Source: Octopus vulgaris
Taxonomy: Eukaryota
Length of the DNA stretch: 64,000 nucleotides
Assembly (NCBI GenBank): GCA_951406725.2
Contig: OX597814.1
Location: forward strand, 16,492,001 to 16,556,000
Direction of reading: 5' to 3'
Every line of letters starts with the position of its first letter. Position 1 is the first letter of the stretch. The notes under the pieces were generated by a model. It had not been told where the DNA came from. It did not search any database and saw only the letters and a program-made list of their open reading frames with translations. Made by a program: the position numbers and the translations under genes. Shown one piece after another: positions 1-14,279 of the stretch.

Positions 1-27
1 TACAGGGATAGATAGATAGATACATAA

Positions 28-60
<33 letters not shown>

Positions 61-744
61 TAATTTAAACGTACATTTTTGGTCCGATTTGAATATGTAT
101 GAAAATGTGGGATCATTCAAGCTAATTTGTCACATCGACACTCATAAATTGCATATCCTCTGTCCGGTGTGTGATCAGTACGGCATTGTTGATTACTATA
201 TATTCACTTAGATCACTGCTATTCTACTGTGGATAATTTGCATAGATAGTAGCGTGAGTGTAGCAAGGAAGATGTGATCAAGATCTAGTTTAATTGATAC
301 ATACATTATACTACGGTGCAATTTTTTGATAGTTTGTTCTGCAAGTTATTGCCGAACAAACTCACAGATGATTTTGTTTATAGTGATCAAATGTTTGTGT
401 GCGTGTGTATATATATATATGTATATATATATATATTGTAGACAAGACAGTAAATTTTGAACGCAGTAAAGCAGTAATAACATGATAGAAGTCGGGGAAA
501 AGAGTGGCTACGTGAATCGAACACTATCCCGCAGGTACTGCTGAATTTTCTAGCCATTATGGAAGATTGCCCCCAAAAATGGATTACCGTAAAATTTGAT
601 GCTAAATTATGGGTTTCCAGTGCCACAGCAGTTTATAAACTAAGTTTAGAATCGTCAAGTATGTTTGGTACCTTGCAAACATAAAAAACTGATTGACGTA
701 TTCAAAAGCTATAATTTAGCATCAAGTTCCGTGGTAATTTCCCG

Positions 745-815
745 TAGCGTTTAGATTTATAGCTAGAGCTCTCAGTCGGTATCTGAGGGGCATGGGTCCG
801 AGTCGCGTAGCCGCC
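745..815 (+). pseudogene. Degenerate tRNA-like sequence (tRNA pseudogene or old SINE head)
   Basis: Anticodon-like arm CTCAG-TCGGTAT-CTGAG (771-787) followed by T-arm-like GGGTCCGAGTC. Acceptor and D arms are poor. Confidence 0.3.
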
Positions 816-970
816 TTATGACAACTTTTTTTCCGTCTCATAAAGGTAAATCTCCAATCTTTCTCTGCCGTCTTAAAATCTTTACTGCATTCGAAATTTA
901 CTTTCTTGTCCGCAAAATTTCATCCAAATTCAGCGCTTCCAAGGTTAGTTTATAGTTGTAGACACACACA

Positions 971-1045
<75 letters not shown>

Positions 1046-1180
1046 CGTATATATATATATATATTCACCTAAATGTCGAAGAATGAGAATTAGTGCTCAA
1101 CACCGTATTGGTGGATAAAGATTTTTTATTCTTGTACTGAGGCTACCATTTCATGTTAAGAAAATATACTCCTACTCCTT

Positions 1181-1405
1181 TACTCTTTCAGTTATTTGAC
1201 TGTGGCCATGCTGGAGCACCGCCTTTAGTCGATCAAATCGACCCCGGGATTTATTCTTTGTAAGCCTAGTACTTATTCTACCGGTCTCTTTTTGCCGAAC
1301 CGTTATGTTATGGGGACGTAAACACACCAGCATCGGATGTCAAGCGATGTTGAGGGGGAACAAACACAGACACACAAACCTATACACACATATACATACC
1401 TAAAT

Positions 1406-1453
<48 letters not shown>

Positions 1454-1622
1454 ATATACACGACGGGCTTCTTTCAGTTTCCGTCTGCCAAATCCACTCA
1501 CAAGGCTTTGGTCGGCGCGAGGCTATAGTAGAAGACACTTGCCCAAGGTGCCACGCAGTGGTACTGAACTCAAACCATGTGGTTAGTAAGCAAGCTACTT
1601 ACGACACAACCACTCCTACACC
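1181..1622 (-). mobile_element. tRNA-derived SINE, family S1 (internal TA/CA microsatellite)
   Basis: Reverse complement of the GGNGCAGGAGTGGCTGTGTGGTAAG...GCTCCAGCATGGCCGCAGTCAAAT element repeated at 33773, 40861, 43387 and 44626. Confidence 0.9.
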
Positions 1623-1739
1623 TTAATCTTCCAAGCCGATCACATGGAGAAATTGGTGTTCGCCTTAATTTCGGATTGATTTATATATTAATGTAACCAC
1701 ATGTGAATCGTTGGCGATATCTTTCTACCTCCGACTTCC

Positions 1740-1906
1740 ATTTCTACTGGACATTCCTCGGTTTCTTGTTTCGAAAGAAGAGCTTTCCTCGGACGTTAAA
1801 CCATCTTTCCTTCCTTCTCCCAGTGCCTGCTAATACTTTACATGTACCACGTCTTTGCGTTGTTGTATTTTTGTGTTTGTTCATGGTTTTTTTTATGGAT
1901 TTACTA
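1740..1906 (+). mobile_element. Diverged relative of family A (Penelope-like terminus fragment)
   Basis: GAAGAGCTTTCCTCGGACGTTAAA, then a pyrimidine/TG-rich tail ending in (TA)n. Same layout as the copies at 6660 and 41634. Confidence 0.35.
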
Positions 1907-2132
1907 TATATATATATTACGGAGCTGTACTTCCATAGCAAGTAACTTCATCAGAGATCGTGTGCTGAAACAAAAACAATTGTTGCGTGAAAGCCATTTA
2001 AATCGCACAAAAGCAATTAGATTCACTTCAAAATTGAAAATTTAATTTGTCAAAATATTTTCGCTTTCAAACCGCGACCTGCTCACTGACAAAACTCTGT
2101 GGTGCATCTGAGAAAGTAACAGTTAGTTCATA

Positions 2133-2163
<31 letters not shown>

Positions 2164-2197
2164 TGTATGTATGTATGTATGTATGTATGTATGTATG

Positions 2198-2229
<32 letters not shown>

Positions 2230-2514
2230 TGTATGTATGAAAGAATGTGTGTATGAGTGTGTGCACGTATGTGCGTATGCCTATGTGTACATGCGTATGC
2301 ATACAAGCACGCCTATAAGCATGTATGTATATATGTATATATGTATCTATTTACTTATGCTTGTGTGTTTGTGAGTATTTAAGGTATGTAAATGTGTAGA
2401 CGTGCTTGTGTCTGTGTATATGTCTCTACATGTGAACATATCTTTATGTATTGATATATTTGCCTGTTCAAGTAGGATACATGACGGTAACTCTGTAGAA
2501 GGATGTATTTATAT

Positions 2515-2700
2515 ATATCTAAAATCAGTTTTTACTGTCTCTGTGTGAGTCTTCTAGGATCTCGGGCATCCTCCATCCGATTGCGCTCAAATTTGATGTG
2601 TAGATACTCACGGTACCAGGGCGTGTATAAGTCTTGAATAAATTACAAAAATCGATTCCACGTGAGAATGCGATTGCTAAAGCCGTGGGAACGCGCATTT
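2515..2700 (+). mobile_element. Possible Helitron/Helentron-associated (HINE-like) non-autonomous fragment
   Basis: ATCT...CTGTCTCTGTGTG...CCGATTGCGCTCAAATTTG resembles the recurrent HINE/DINE-1-type 5' layout. Resemblance only. Confidence 0.3.
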
Positions 2701-2958
2701 GTACATCAGCTGTTGCGATATACTTACTGGTACTTTAAACTCTTCGGTTGCATATTTGTGTGAATAAAATCGTTTTTCTTTGAAATAGAAAAATATCTAT
2801 CTTTATTTTTTCTTTTGCTCAAATTGATGTCTCAAATTTAGATTAAATCAGTGATTCTCAAAGAGGAGGCCTATGGGACGGTCGGAGAAGTTGTTTTAAG
2901 AAAATTTGTTTTAAATGTTTGACAACTCAGCAAGGTCCATTGGAAGGGGGGCGTTTTG

Positions 2959-3013
<55 letters not shown>

Positions 3014-3017
<4 letters not shown>

Positions 3018-3190
3018 GGAAAAATTCACAAAAAACAAAAGACGAAGTCAGGTGGTGTAGACAACAAACAGATGTATTAGCATAACGCTCGATAAGTGAA
3101 AAGATCTTTAACGTTTCCAGCCTACGCTCTTCCACAGAAAGGATCACAGAAAGAAACAAGGAGAGAAAATGATGAAAGTGTAGTAGCTAG

Positions 3191-3192
<2 letters not shown>
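3014..3192 (-). mobile_element. Family A short element between (TA)n tracts, with atypical hammerhead-like motif (3105-3142)
   Basis: Minus strand reads CCTTT CTGTGGAA GAGCGTAGGCTG GAAACGTT AAAGA. Homologous to copies at 6660, 29470 and 41634. Confidence 0.7.
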
Positions 3193-3278
<86 letters not shown>

Positions 3279-4490
3279 GTGTGTGAGTCGGTGCGTGTAT
3301 TAGCACATGGAAATCTACATATTGCAGCAAGGATACCTGCTGAGCAGTATTTTCACTCAGGCAGTATATGATGTAACAATCTGGGTCGTTTGCATTGCAC
3401 ACAGGAAGAGGTTTTACGTATTCTGGAATGTGTATATACATAATACATGCATGTTTATGCAAGTTTGCATATGCGTGTGTGAGTGGTTGTGGGGGGTTGT
3501 TAATGTATATATGCAGTGACATCACTTGCACACATACAAACGCACACTTATATATGCATATACATATTTATTACACACACACGCGCGCATATTTATATAT
3601 TTATAAATTTTGCATACATATTTGCATAAATGTAACAAGATGTATATGCATGTATTTTTATGCTCTTTTAGGTTTGCATGATTAAACCTACAACCATTCG
3701 TTTGGCAGGAAATACAAAATATAAACGAAATGAAGCTGAGTGAGAATAATTAACGTTGATCGTATGAGAAAAAGGAGGGAAGGGAAAACATTGGTCGTAA
3801 TTGGCGTAGGAAAACTTTGTTAGATAAAAACGATAACAAAAATATTTGGAGGAGATAAAAGAGAATGGATGGGCTAAAATTTGATGCTGTTTTAGATTAT
3901 TATTAGACATGCAATTCAGTGCAATCAGATTCCATATTTCTACTGACTCATTAATGTTACATGAATTTTTTTTTTCGTGATCTTGAAAAGCAAAACTGAA
4001 TTTTCCAATATTAGCATTTAAAACTGACATACAGAGATGTTGTTTAAACTATACGTTGTGTCAGATGGAAGGACTGTAATTTGATTACATTTCATTACCT
4101 GCACGTAAATGCGTACATACCTTAAGCCATAAGGGTAGGTAAATGTTTTCCCACTCTCTCAGCCAGAATTAGAATCCATCCGTACTTCAAGATACCCTTT
4201 ATATTCTTTATGTAAATTCCTATTGCAAACATGGAAATTCAGTTTCAAATATTCACATCTTCTTCAGCAAATACTTTACCGGCTCATTTAAATTTAGTTA
4301 AAGAATGGATAGGTAGTCATCTTCAAAACGAGATAGAGACTGGAGATAAACGATCATCTACACGGGTGCGATAAGGGAATATCATGAAAGAGAACATATT
4401 TTCGTTTATAAATATCTGAACATTTAGAAGCTTTTGACACATGGGCGAGTAAAACATAGATAAAATTAAATTCGTTATATTTCTAAGTAG

Positions 4491-4890
4491 TAAGCTGGCA
4501 AAATCGTTTGCAGGTCGGGCGAAGTGCTTAGCGGCAACCCATCCGTCTACACTTTCTGAGTTCAAATTCTGCTGAGGTCGACTTTGCTTTTCATCGTTTG
4601 GGTCGATAAAATAACTACCAGTTGAGTTCTGATGTCGATGCAATCGACTTAACCTGAAATTACTGTATTTATACCAAAATATGAAATCGGTACATCTGAG
4701 TAGCAGGCTGGCAGAATCGTTAGCACTCCGTGCAAGCTGCTTATCAGTATTACGTCCGTTCATTTGCTCTGAGTTCAAAATCAGCTGAGGTTCACTTTTA
4801 TTTTATTTATTATCATTTTTTTTTTTTTTGGAGTCGATGAAATAAGGACTCTCTCCGAAACTGTTCGCTTGTACCAAAATTTGAAACAAA
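4491..4890 (+). mobile_element. Two adjacent SINE copies, family S3
   Basis: GCTGGCAGAATCGTTAGCA...TCTGAGTTCAAA...GAGGTCGACTTTGC...GTCGATAAAATAA occurs twice (about 4491-4660 and 4703-4890). Confidence 0.8.
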
Positions 4891-5177
4891 TATTTCTGAG
4901 CAGTATCTACTATACATTTCTACATGCAACACGGCGATGTTCTAACGACTGCGAGCAAGAAAACTCATACCAACCATCTCACTTCAAATATTTCACCATG
5001 TTTCATAGTATGGAAGATTCTAAACAATTTCAGTGAATATACAATTTCCACAGAATTTTGCACGTACAATATGACAAATATGCATACATTTATATGTACA
5101 CACATGCACACATACATACATACGTACATACATACACGCATACATATATACATACATACATACATACATACATACAC

Positions 5178-5215
<38 letters not shown>

Positions 5216-5424
5216 GTTATATATAAAATTGAAGTTTAAACATGAAAATTTAAAATGTAGTTTCCAAACCTTGTTTTGGTTATGCCCCTAATACTTTGCC
5301 TTGAGAGCATTTCACCACACACAGCCACCAGGTATGGTCCGCTGTACTGCACTTTCGGAGGATCTACGTAAGGAATTCCTTGCTGCACTTCCTTATCGAT
5401 CATTTAAGTATCTGTCGATCATTT

Positions 5425-5485
<61 letters not shown>

Positions 5486-5508
5486 TACATACACACACAC
5501 ACACACAC

Positions 5509-5843
5509 GGCGCATGGCTCAGTGGTTAGAGCATCGAGCTTACGATCGTGAGGTTGTGAGCTCGAATCCCGGACCGGGCTGCGTGTTGTGTTCTTGAGCA
5601 AGGCACTTTATTTCACGTTGCTCCAGTTCACTCAGCTGTAGAAATGAGTTGCGACGTCACGGGTGCCAAGCTGTATCGACCTTTGTCTTTCCCTTGGATA
5701 ACACTGGTGGCGTGGAGAGGGGAGGCCGGTATGCATGGGCGACTACTGGTCTTCCATAAAACAACCTTGCCCAGACTTGTGCCTCAGAGGGTAACTCTCT
5801 AGGTGCAAACCCATGGTCACTCATGACCGAAGGGGGTCTTTAC
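5509..5843 (+). mobile_element. tRNA-derived SINE, family S2, full length
   Basis: A-box TGGCTCAGTGG and B-box-like GCTCGAATC; ends GACCGAAGGGGGTCTTTAC. Copies at 13954 and 16544. Confidence 0.9.
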
Positions 5844-5849
5844 ATATAT

Positions 5850-5907
<58 letters not shown>

Positions 5908-6573
5908 GCATATATATATATTATTTATATTACTATTTGTTTTAGAAGGTCACGCGTCCATTTCCAAGTAAGTTCATCTTAATAATTTTGATGCGACTCT
6001 CCCCTTTCGTTTTCTCTCTTATCCTTTCTCTAATTCTTTTTCTCCCCTTCGCCGTTTTCTATCTGTCTCTCTTTCTCTCTCTCTCACTCTTTCTCCTTTA
6101 CTCACTCGCGTTGTTCACACGTGATCATCGTCCATCTTTCTTCTCCTCACATGATCATCTTTCTTTTCCTTCAGTGCTGTCGTACAGACTACACTATTCT
6201 TATCTGTCTCCTCTTCTATCTTTTCTCTTATTAAAGACAGTATTTATTCAGAGTTCACTATTCCCCACTCTTTCTGGTCTAACGACCCTCCATGCTTGTT
6301 TACTTTCGGTTTCCTTGTATGTCTGCACTGTCCTGCTTTTGTTACCAACTTTGACCCACCGCAAATCCCAAATTTTAATTTGGTTCGCGAGAGCAACTAC
6401 CATTTGAAATCTCATATTGTCGTTCAGTCCTCGAAATGAGGAGTAGATAGACAGCCGACAACTGAAGAAGGATGGTTCTTTATCTTACTTGTCTTTTTTC
6501 CATTTGTTTCTCTCGTTGTTTGCTTACCCATCCTTGTTTTCGTATTCCACGTTGTTTTACGTTTTTTGACGTC

Positions 6574-6659
<86 letters not shown>

Positions 6660-6662
<3 letters not shown>

Positions 6663-6866
6663 TCACTATGATTCATTGCTAGCTACTAAACCTTTTTTTC
6701 TATTTTCTCTCCCTATATATTTCTGTATTCCTTTCTGTCGAAGAGCGCAGGCTCGAACATAAAAGAGTTTCTCACTTCCTGAACGTTAAACTAATACATC
6801 TGTTTGTCGTTTACACACCCGCCTTTGTCTTTTGTATTGTTTGTTTTTTTTTTTGTAAATTCCAAC
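6660..6866 (+). mobile_element. Family A short element between (TA)n tracts (motif 6731-6765)
   Basis: CTTT CTGTCGAA GAGCGCAGGCTC GAACAT AAAAG. Homologous to 3014-3192 and 41634-41845. Confidence 0.7.
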
Positions 6867-7265
6867 TATATATATATAATATAATTGACAGATAGACAGA
6901 CAAACAAATATGTGTATAAGATAACCAAGTGTTCATAATTTGAATTATTGAAGACAAATGTTCCAGAAGATAAGTACGATAACGCTATGTGTAATGATAT
7001 GTTCTTCAGTTGCACAGTTCTAAATATTTTGAAAATGTTTGATTGAAGAACTACAACAAAAATGTATATTAAGAGCATCAAAACTACCATCATTAATTTT
7101 TCCGTCCATATCGATCTTTCATGATCTTCTCCAAAGCTACCTAGCCCATCATTTCTTTCTTAATGCTGTTTAATACAATAATGATATAGATGTAGAATGT
7201 TTAACTGGACACTGAACTGTGAAAATTCTTCTAAATCGTATTACATCAAAGCAAACCTCTCTCTC

Positions 7266-7310
<45 letters not shown>

Positions 7311-7458
7311 CTCTTTCTGTCTTTCTCAGCTGTGAAATTTTGCATGCATTTATTTCGGCTATTCTTATCAATAACTGCGTTGTTTTCCTGCAGGTAAACT
7401 GATATCTGACGGAGCAAAAGATACTTCAAACACAATTAGTAGCGACTTCTCTTGAAAA

Positions 7459-8540
7459 ATGGAAAACATTTGGCATCGTGGTGTTATCAAGCACCTGTGT
7501 GAAAAGGGTTTATCCCAGAAGTACATTTATTCTGACACAATTGCTACATTAGAAGGTGAGTCTCCAGCTTTATCTGCTGTGCAAACGTGGGGAGGTGAAT
7601 TTAAGTGTGAGAGGAAAAATCTTAAAGATGACCTAATTCTTGGACATCATGAAACTGCCACCATCGAGGAACACGTTGCTCGTTTTCACTACATATTGAC
7701 GGATTACAGACGATTGGCTATAATTTAATAGCCAATTTTATTAGCGTATCCCGTGAGAGAATTGAGAATATTTTACACAATGACCTTGCCAGCATTAAGA
7801 TTATCGCTCGGTGTGTGCCACATCTAACATCTGATCAAAGGGCACGAGTTTGTTCACATCACGGGAAAATCTGACATTATTTGAGATAAAACAACTGGTT
7901 TCCTTGAAAGTTTCCTAACCCTGGATGGGTGTTGGTTTCATCATTGTGAGCTAAAGAAAAAGAATCAATCTGTGCGGTAGAACCACCCCCTCCTCACTTG
8001 CTCCAAAGAAGGCCAAAATCATTTTTGGTGGCTGTGGGGAATGCAGAAATCATTGTGTTTATTGACTATCTTCAAAAGAGCACACCATCAGTGGAGTGTA
8101 ATATGCCAACTTGCAGAGGCAATTACGAAATGCTATCAAGACTAACCTCCCAGGAAAATGACGGAAGATTCGTTAAGACAACGCACCAGCATGTAAGTCC
8201 TTGGTTGCAATGGCTGATTTGCATAGATGTCACTTTTGAACTAGATGAACTCGTTACCTGTTCTCGTGATTTCTTCATCTGGCATGAAAAAAACACTTGA
8301 CTGGGAACTAGTTTCGCAGTGATGATAACGAGGTAACGTCACAACTGCTGCATTTAATATTTTTGACCACCAAGATGAAAGCGTCTTCACCAAAGAGATC
8401 CATACCCTGCAACACCGATGGAAGAAATGTGTGGAACGCAAAGGAGGTAAGCTATGTTAGAAATTGAACCTTATTTTCTCACATTCCAGGATAAAACTTT
8501 CCTCGTCAACCTATGAACATTTCAGCTGAAACCCATATAT
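7459..8540 (+). pseudogene. Degenerate mariner transposase (Tc1/mariner)
   Basis: N-terminal HTH-like MENIWHRGVIKHLCEKGLS...W..EFK; central IVFIDYLQK; C-terminal LQHRWKKCVERKG. Many stops and frameshifts; TIR-like end near 8500-8540. Confidence 0.85.
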
Positions 8541-8623
8541 AAGCATCATCTATGGTTTTTATATTAAAAGATGAGCTTTCAAGTATATCTGCCTGTCTGT
8601 CTATCTATCTATCTATCTATCTT

Positions 8624-8742
<119 letters not shown>

Positions 8743-9540
8743 ATCTATCTACCCATACTCTTTCTCTCTTTCTCTCGAAAAATCCAAGGCTGTGGACAAT
8801 TTTAGATCATTTGTAAAGAGAAGCTCTTACAGCCGTTTCTGGGAAATTTTATATATCCCTTCATCGCAGACAGTGTGAGAAAATGGTTAAGCAATAGTTA
8901 CTTTAGATAAGATATGAAATAGAGAGTGAAATGGAAGAATGAAAATAGACGTGAGATATGCAGGATTATTTTATCTGTAGAACCATTATTTAGGCAGAAT
9001 GGTATACATATAAGATTCCATTACCTTGTGAGTAAGTTCCAATAGTATTTAAAATTGGTCACTCCAAGTATAGAGTTTGTACACCGCGTTATTGAATCAA
9101 GGATTTTTATTTAAAGTGACTTAAAAGTTGGGGATGTATTTGTAAGGTCAAAACGAAAACAGGAAGAGAGGAATAAAGAAAAGAAACAAAAGAAAAAACA
9201 AAAGAACAGAAAAGAAAAGCGAGGAGAAAGGATAATAAAGAGATGAAGAGAGGGAAAGTGTACTGGTTAGTGGTCAGTCAAGATAAAATTATATAAGGAA
9301 TAGGGACCTGAGGGTGATAGAGGGAGAAAGATATGAGCGTGTAAAAAGATGATAAGGTAAAGAGTAAAGGAGTGTCAGGTAGAAGGATAATCATCTAACC
9401 TGGAGCTTAACTATACTCTGAGCATAGAGTTGCGAGTGAAAAACATTCGGACAAAAACGTGAATAAAGATATACTCTAAATATTATTTGTATTCGTGCTT
9501 ATGTACATATATGTGTGTGCGCGCATCCTCATGCGCATAT

Positions 9541-9658
<118 letters not shown>

Positions 9659-10019
9659 ATATATCATAATTCTTCGGATAGTCTCACTATTCAGAGAATC
9701 CAGAGCTCTGAACTTGAATTTTATTAATCGATACTGAAATAATGCTGCGTTGGAAAGACGCTAGTGATTTTGCAGAATGTTCAAAGAAAAGACGTAAATC
9801 GTATTCCAGTATGCAATATGCCATAAACAGAAAAAAAGAAATAGGACGGCTTTGATGATATAGTTTTCCGCTCAGACGTGCACTTCCATCAAGCGACAGC
9901 TCCATTTTTAATTTGTTCCTCTTCATAATTTGTATTTCTTTAAAACTAGTGCTCATATGTGTCATATATTTGCAAATCGAATTGATATTTCAGACAGTTA
10001 TAACATATTTATGAAGTGA

Positions 10020-10078
<59 letters not shown>

Positions 10079-13000
10079 TTTTTTATCTCAATGCAGAATA
10101 GTTTCTCAGAATTGAACCTCTAGTACAATGAATATACATGTAATATACGAGACTAAGTTGGAACATGCTTAAATTCTTAGATCGAAATAAATTACAAAAC
10201 CGAAAAAGATTTAGTATATTACGAAGTAAGAAAAGGAAACTTGCCTCTACAATTAAATAAACAAGCTGGTCTTTATGTGTAGCATTTATGATATTAAGCA
10301 AAATTATAATTTAGGCTATGATTAATATAAAATTAACTTGCATTATATAATCGAAATTACAATTAAATCTTAAAGTAAATTGCTAGCTAATTGAAGTGAA
10401 ACAGCGTCAAACATGAATAGAAACCATATCACAGTATTTCAAACCCAGAATCTTCTAACCGTTTCCTTAATTCTGTTACGCAAACACCCCCGCAGAGTAA
10501 GTGGCAATTTAAAATTGGCTTATTTTATGAGAGAGAAAGAGAAACAGTTCAAAAGTAAAGTATCTGAAATGCAAACATTGAATAATTTTATAATAGCTGA
10601 TGGGAGGTCACAAAAGGAACAACTGTTAATGCTAGGTGTTTCACCAGAGAGCTGAAATATTAAATGACATACATTTAACCATGTGCTAAGATTATTTTGT
10701 TTTACAGTGAATATAACTTATGACTCCCAAAAATATTTTTGTACTTCCGTCCTGTTACTCACACTTGCAAGTATAATTTATTCCATATTTATTACTCATT
10801 CATTGTTTTCTCTAGAGTTACACCGGTATCCATTTTCTTGTGACAGTTAGGCTTAATTAAGGAAATAGATCTTTCTTAGCCCATACTTACTGTCTTTATT
10901 TCTCTATATTATTTCTCAATATTCCTATCGTTTGATATTCTTTACCTTTTCTTCACATTAATCATTTTTTTTCTGACAGAGCGATGATTTGTAAAATATT
11001 TAATTTTTTTAAATATCTCACACCGTCAGAGCTTAATTTTAACTCTTTTCAAATACTAAAAATATTGAATAAACTTCTGCACACGGAAATTGCATCTCAC
11101 ATATTCACATATAAACGCACATGAATATTTACAACACACATTCACATATACGATCAAACACACACATATACACATATTCACATCAGCTAAATATGCATAT
11201 GCACTTCAATGCAATTACAAAACGAATGATACTGATTTCATTGAAAAGATGTTTTTTTTACAAAAAGTCAATCCTTACCCACTTCCGATTCAGGAAAATC
11301 AATGATCATTATTATTATCTATTATCATTACTTTTTGTCTATGGAGATCTTTTGTCGTTTAAACTATCAACCCCTGTTGTTGAAGATGAATAAAACGATT
11401 TACTAAATTTCTTTCATATATTTCCCTAGCCTCGGGTTTGCAATAATCTCCAAGGCACGAATCATTCATAAATATTCCTCATGTTTCCGTTTTGAAAGGT
11501 ATGAAGATGCGCCTCATTCATGAATTCAGAATTGCACTATTTGCGTAAGTATTTATCTAAAGGCTTCGCAAAAACATTGCTTCCGTTTATGAATTTCTTT
11601 TGACAAAAACAAAAATGAAAATATTATAATAGAATTGTTTAATGATATTAATAAAAATATTTATTTCGATGTAAAAACGTATTTTATCCTTATCAATAGT
11701 AATATTATGATAGAAACAGCTGCCTGAAATAGGAGTTTTTCCAGTTGCTGGCTTGCAGTTATGTGATGGTACCGGAACTAACAGCTTTAAATGATTTTGT
11801 TTGACTTCTTTACGTTTTGAGTTCAAATCCCACCGGGAAAATATTCTCTTAACAATTTGGAATAATTTAACGTTCTGAAAATGATTTTGAGACTGTGACA
11901 CTTCGTAAATTTATAATTGACTCAGGAAAGGAAAAATTTCTTTCCATAACAATTGCATTCATAATTGTATTTCTATTTTTTTCATATTTCAAAATATTTT
12001 CAGCGTTATAGGAGGGTTCATCGCCGAAGTAGATTCTTGGATTTACTAGAAATAGCAAACAAATCTTTCTCGAATCACGCTTTACTCTGTTTTAAGAGAG
12101 GCACATAGAGTGTGAAGTTGTCTTACACATAGAGACAAACGTGTTAATGGAGATAAAATTACCATTGCTAAAATATCTTCTTGACTTGGGCTGACTGGAA
12201 GCAGTACTATATCAATAGATTATAATATTATTTCAAAAAAGAAGTGGTTGTCAAACAGGTTCAGTGTTAAATTGTGCATCAAATTGCATGGTATTTTGGC
12301 TTTCAAGTGTAAATTAACCTACGGTTACCACGACTCAGCTTTTGCCCGCTGTAGTGTCCGATACATACCTCAAATTTGGTACTTTGCAGAGTCTATCATA
12401 CATCATATAAAGACGATGATATAAGAGTTGGAGTAATTTATTGAATAAAAACATTGTTCGCAGTACACAGGTCATATTTGCAATATTGTAAATCATATCC
12501 TCCGTTTTAAAAGAACCGACTTTAGTGGATATAATTCATTCAAGTCTTAATATTCCGTACGTACAAATTCATATTTCATAACGCACATATTATATCATAT
12601 ATTTTAAAACGACCAAATACTGCTCCTAGAAATCATTATGATATAAATTCTTGATTTCATTGTTGAGGTAGATTTCAGAGTGGTCAAATGACTCGGTGAG
12701 AACGCAGATTCAGTGAGTGTCATCGGAACTATTTCATTGTAGGTTTCAAGATATCATTACAGACTGTTTGTTAAGCTATAATCCACAATTTTAATAATGA
12801 AAGAGAGGGGTTATTAAAAATAAACAAATTTTTATTTTCTCCCACACACGCTTTTTTTTATTTCTCGCTCTGTCATCTTCGATTTCCCTCCCACTCCCTC
12901 TCCCTTTATCTCTCCCTTTATGTTTCTTTCCCTCTCTCTCTCTTTGTATATATATACACATGCATACACACACATACATACATACATACATACATACATA

Positions 13001-13229
13001 CATACATACATACATACATACATACATACATACATACATAAATGTCAAACGACGAGAACAAGTGCTCAACACCGCAGATGCAAACAACACTCTTCCATAT
13101 GATCGGCTTCAAAAACTGTTAAAATATTAAGATATATTTCTTAACATGAAACCAATGGTAGCCTTCATACTGTCACAAGCACGCACAAAGACCCACTGAC
13201 GCCCGCGCGCCTGCACGCGTACACACACA

Positions 13230-13309
<80 letters not shown>

Positions 13310-13354
13310 AATATAAATACGTAAATTTGTATTGTCTCCTGGTTTTTATGAATG

Positions 13355-13403
<49 letters not shown>

Positions 13404-13679
13404 GGAAATAGGGAGAGAGAGAGAGACTGAGGGAGAGAGAGAGAGAGACTGAGAGAGAGAGAGAGAGAGAGAAAGAAGTATTTCTATTTAGTTACAAAGT
13501 TTGCTTAGGCTCAGTGCGTGTGCGAAGCAGAGTAGGAATATGCCCTCTACAATATTCCGAATGGGCAGTACGTGTTACTGTTGGAAATTAATTTAGTAGA
13601 CGAAGGCTGAGTGGAAGCAGCATGTCGCATTGCTCTCTGTCTTTGTTTTTCTGTCTCTGTCTCTTTCTCTTTCTTTATA

Positions 13680-13760
<81 letters not shown>

Positions 13761-13768
<8 letters not shown>

Positions 13769-13899
13769 GAAATAAGGTACTCAAAAATCTGGATGGTTTA
13801 AATTTATTAATATCAATATTTACAGATATTTATTAATATCAATAAATATCTGTAAATATAAAACCATCCAGATTTCCGAGTACCTTAAAACCTCTAATA
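13761..13899. repeat. Foldback element in (TA)n
   Basis: Outer arms TATTAGAAGAAATAAGGTACTCAAAAATCTGGATGGTTT and AAACCATCCAGATTTCCGAGTACCTTAAAACCTCTAATA; inner perfect 19-bp stem. Confidence 0.8.
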
Positions 13900-13953
13900 T
13901 ATAATACCTGTACGTCATCTCGAAACCTTTTAATATATATATATATTGTTGTT

Positions 13954-14279
13954 GACCCCCTTCGGTCACGACACTGACCATGGGTTTGCACCTAGAAAGT
14001 TACCCTCCTAGTCACAAGTCTGGGCAAGGTGGTTTATGGAAGACCAGCAGTCGCCCATGCATACCGGCCTCCCCTCTCCACGCCACCAGTGTTATCCAAG
14101 GGAAAGGCAACGGCCGATACAGCTTGGCACCTGTGACGTCGCAACTAATTTCTACAGCTGAGTGAACAGGAGCAACGTGAAATAAAGTGTCTTGCTCAAG
14201 AACACAACACGCAACCCGGTCTGGGATTCGAGCTCACAACCTCACGATCGTAAGCTCGACGCTCTAACCATTGAGCCGT
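13954..14279 (-). mobile_element. SINE family S2
   Basis: Reverse complement of 5509-5843. Confidence 0.9.

Noticed and set aside
1920-1965. Minus-strand CTGATGA hammerhead
   Set aside because: No GAAA follows the candidate helix II.
4225-4272. Minus-strand CTGAAGA...GAAAC hammerhead
   Set aside because: Helix II is weak and there is no helix III, UH site or helix I pairing.
5509-5580. Functional tRNA gene
   Set aside because: The tRNA-like head continues into a multi-copy SINE body and lacks a proper acceptor stem.
6424-6480. Permuted hammerhead (GAAA...CTGAAGA)
   Set aside because: Core words are present, but helices I and III cannot be formed in this copy.
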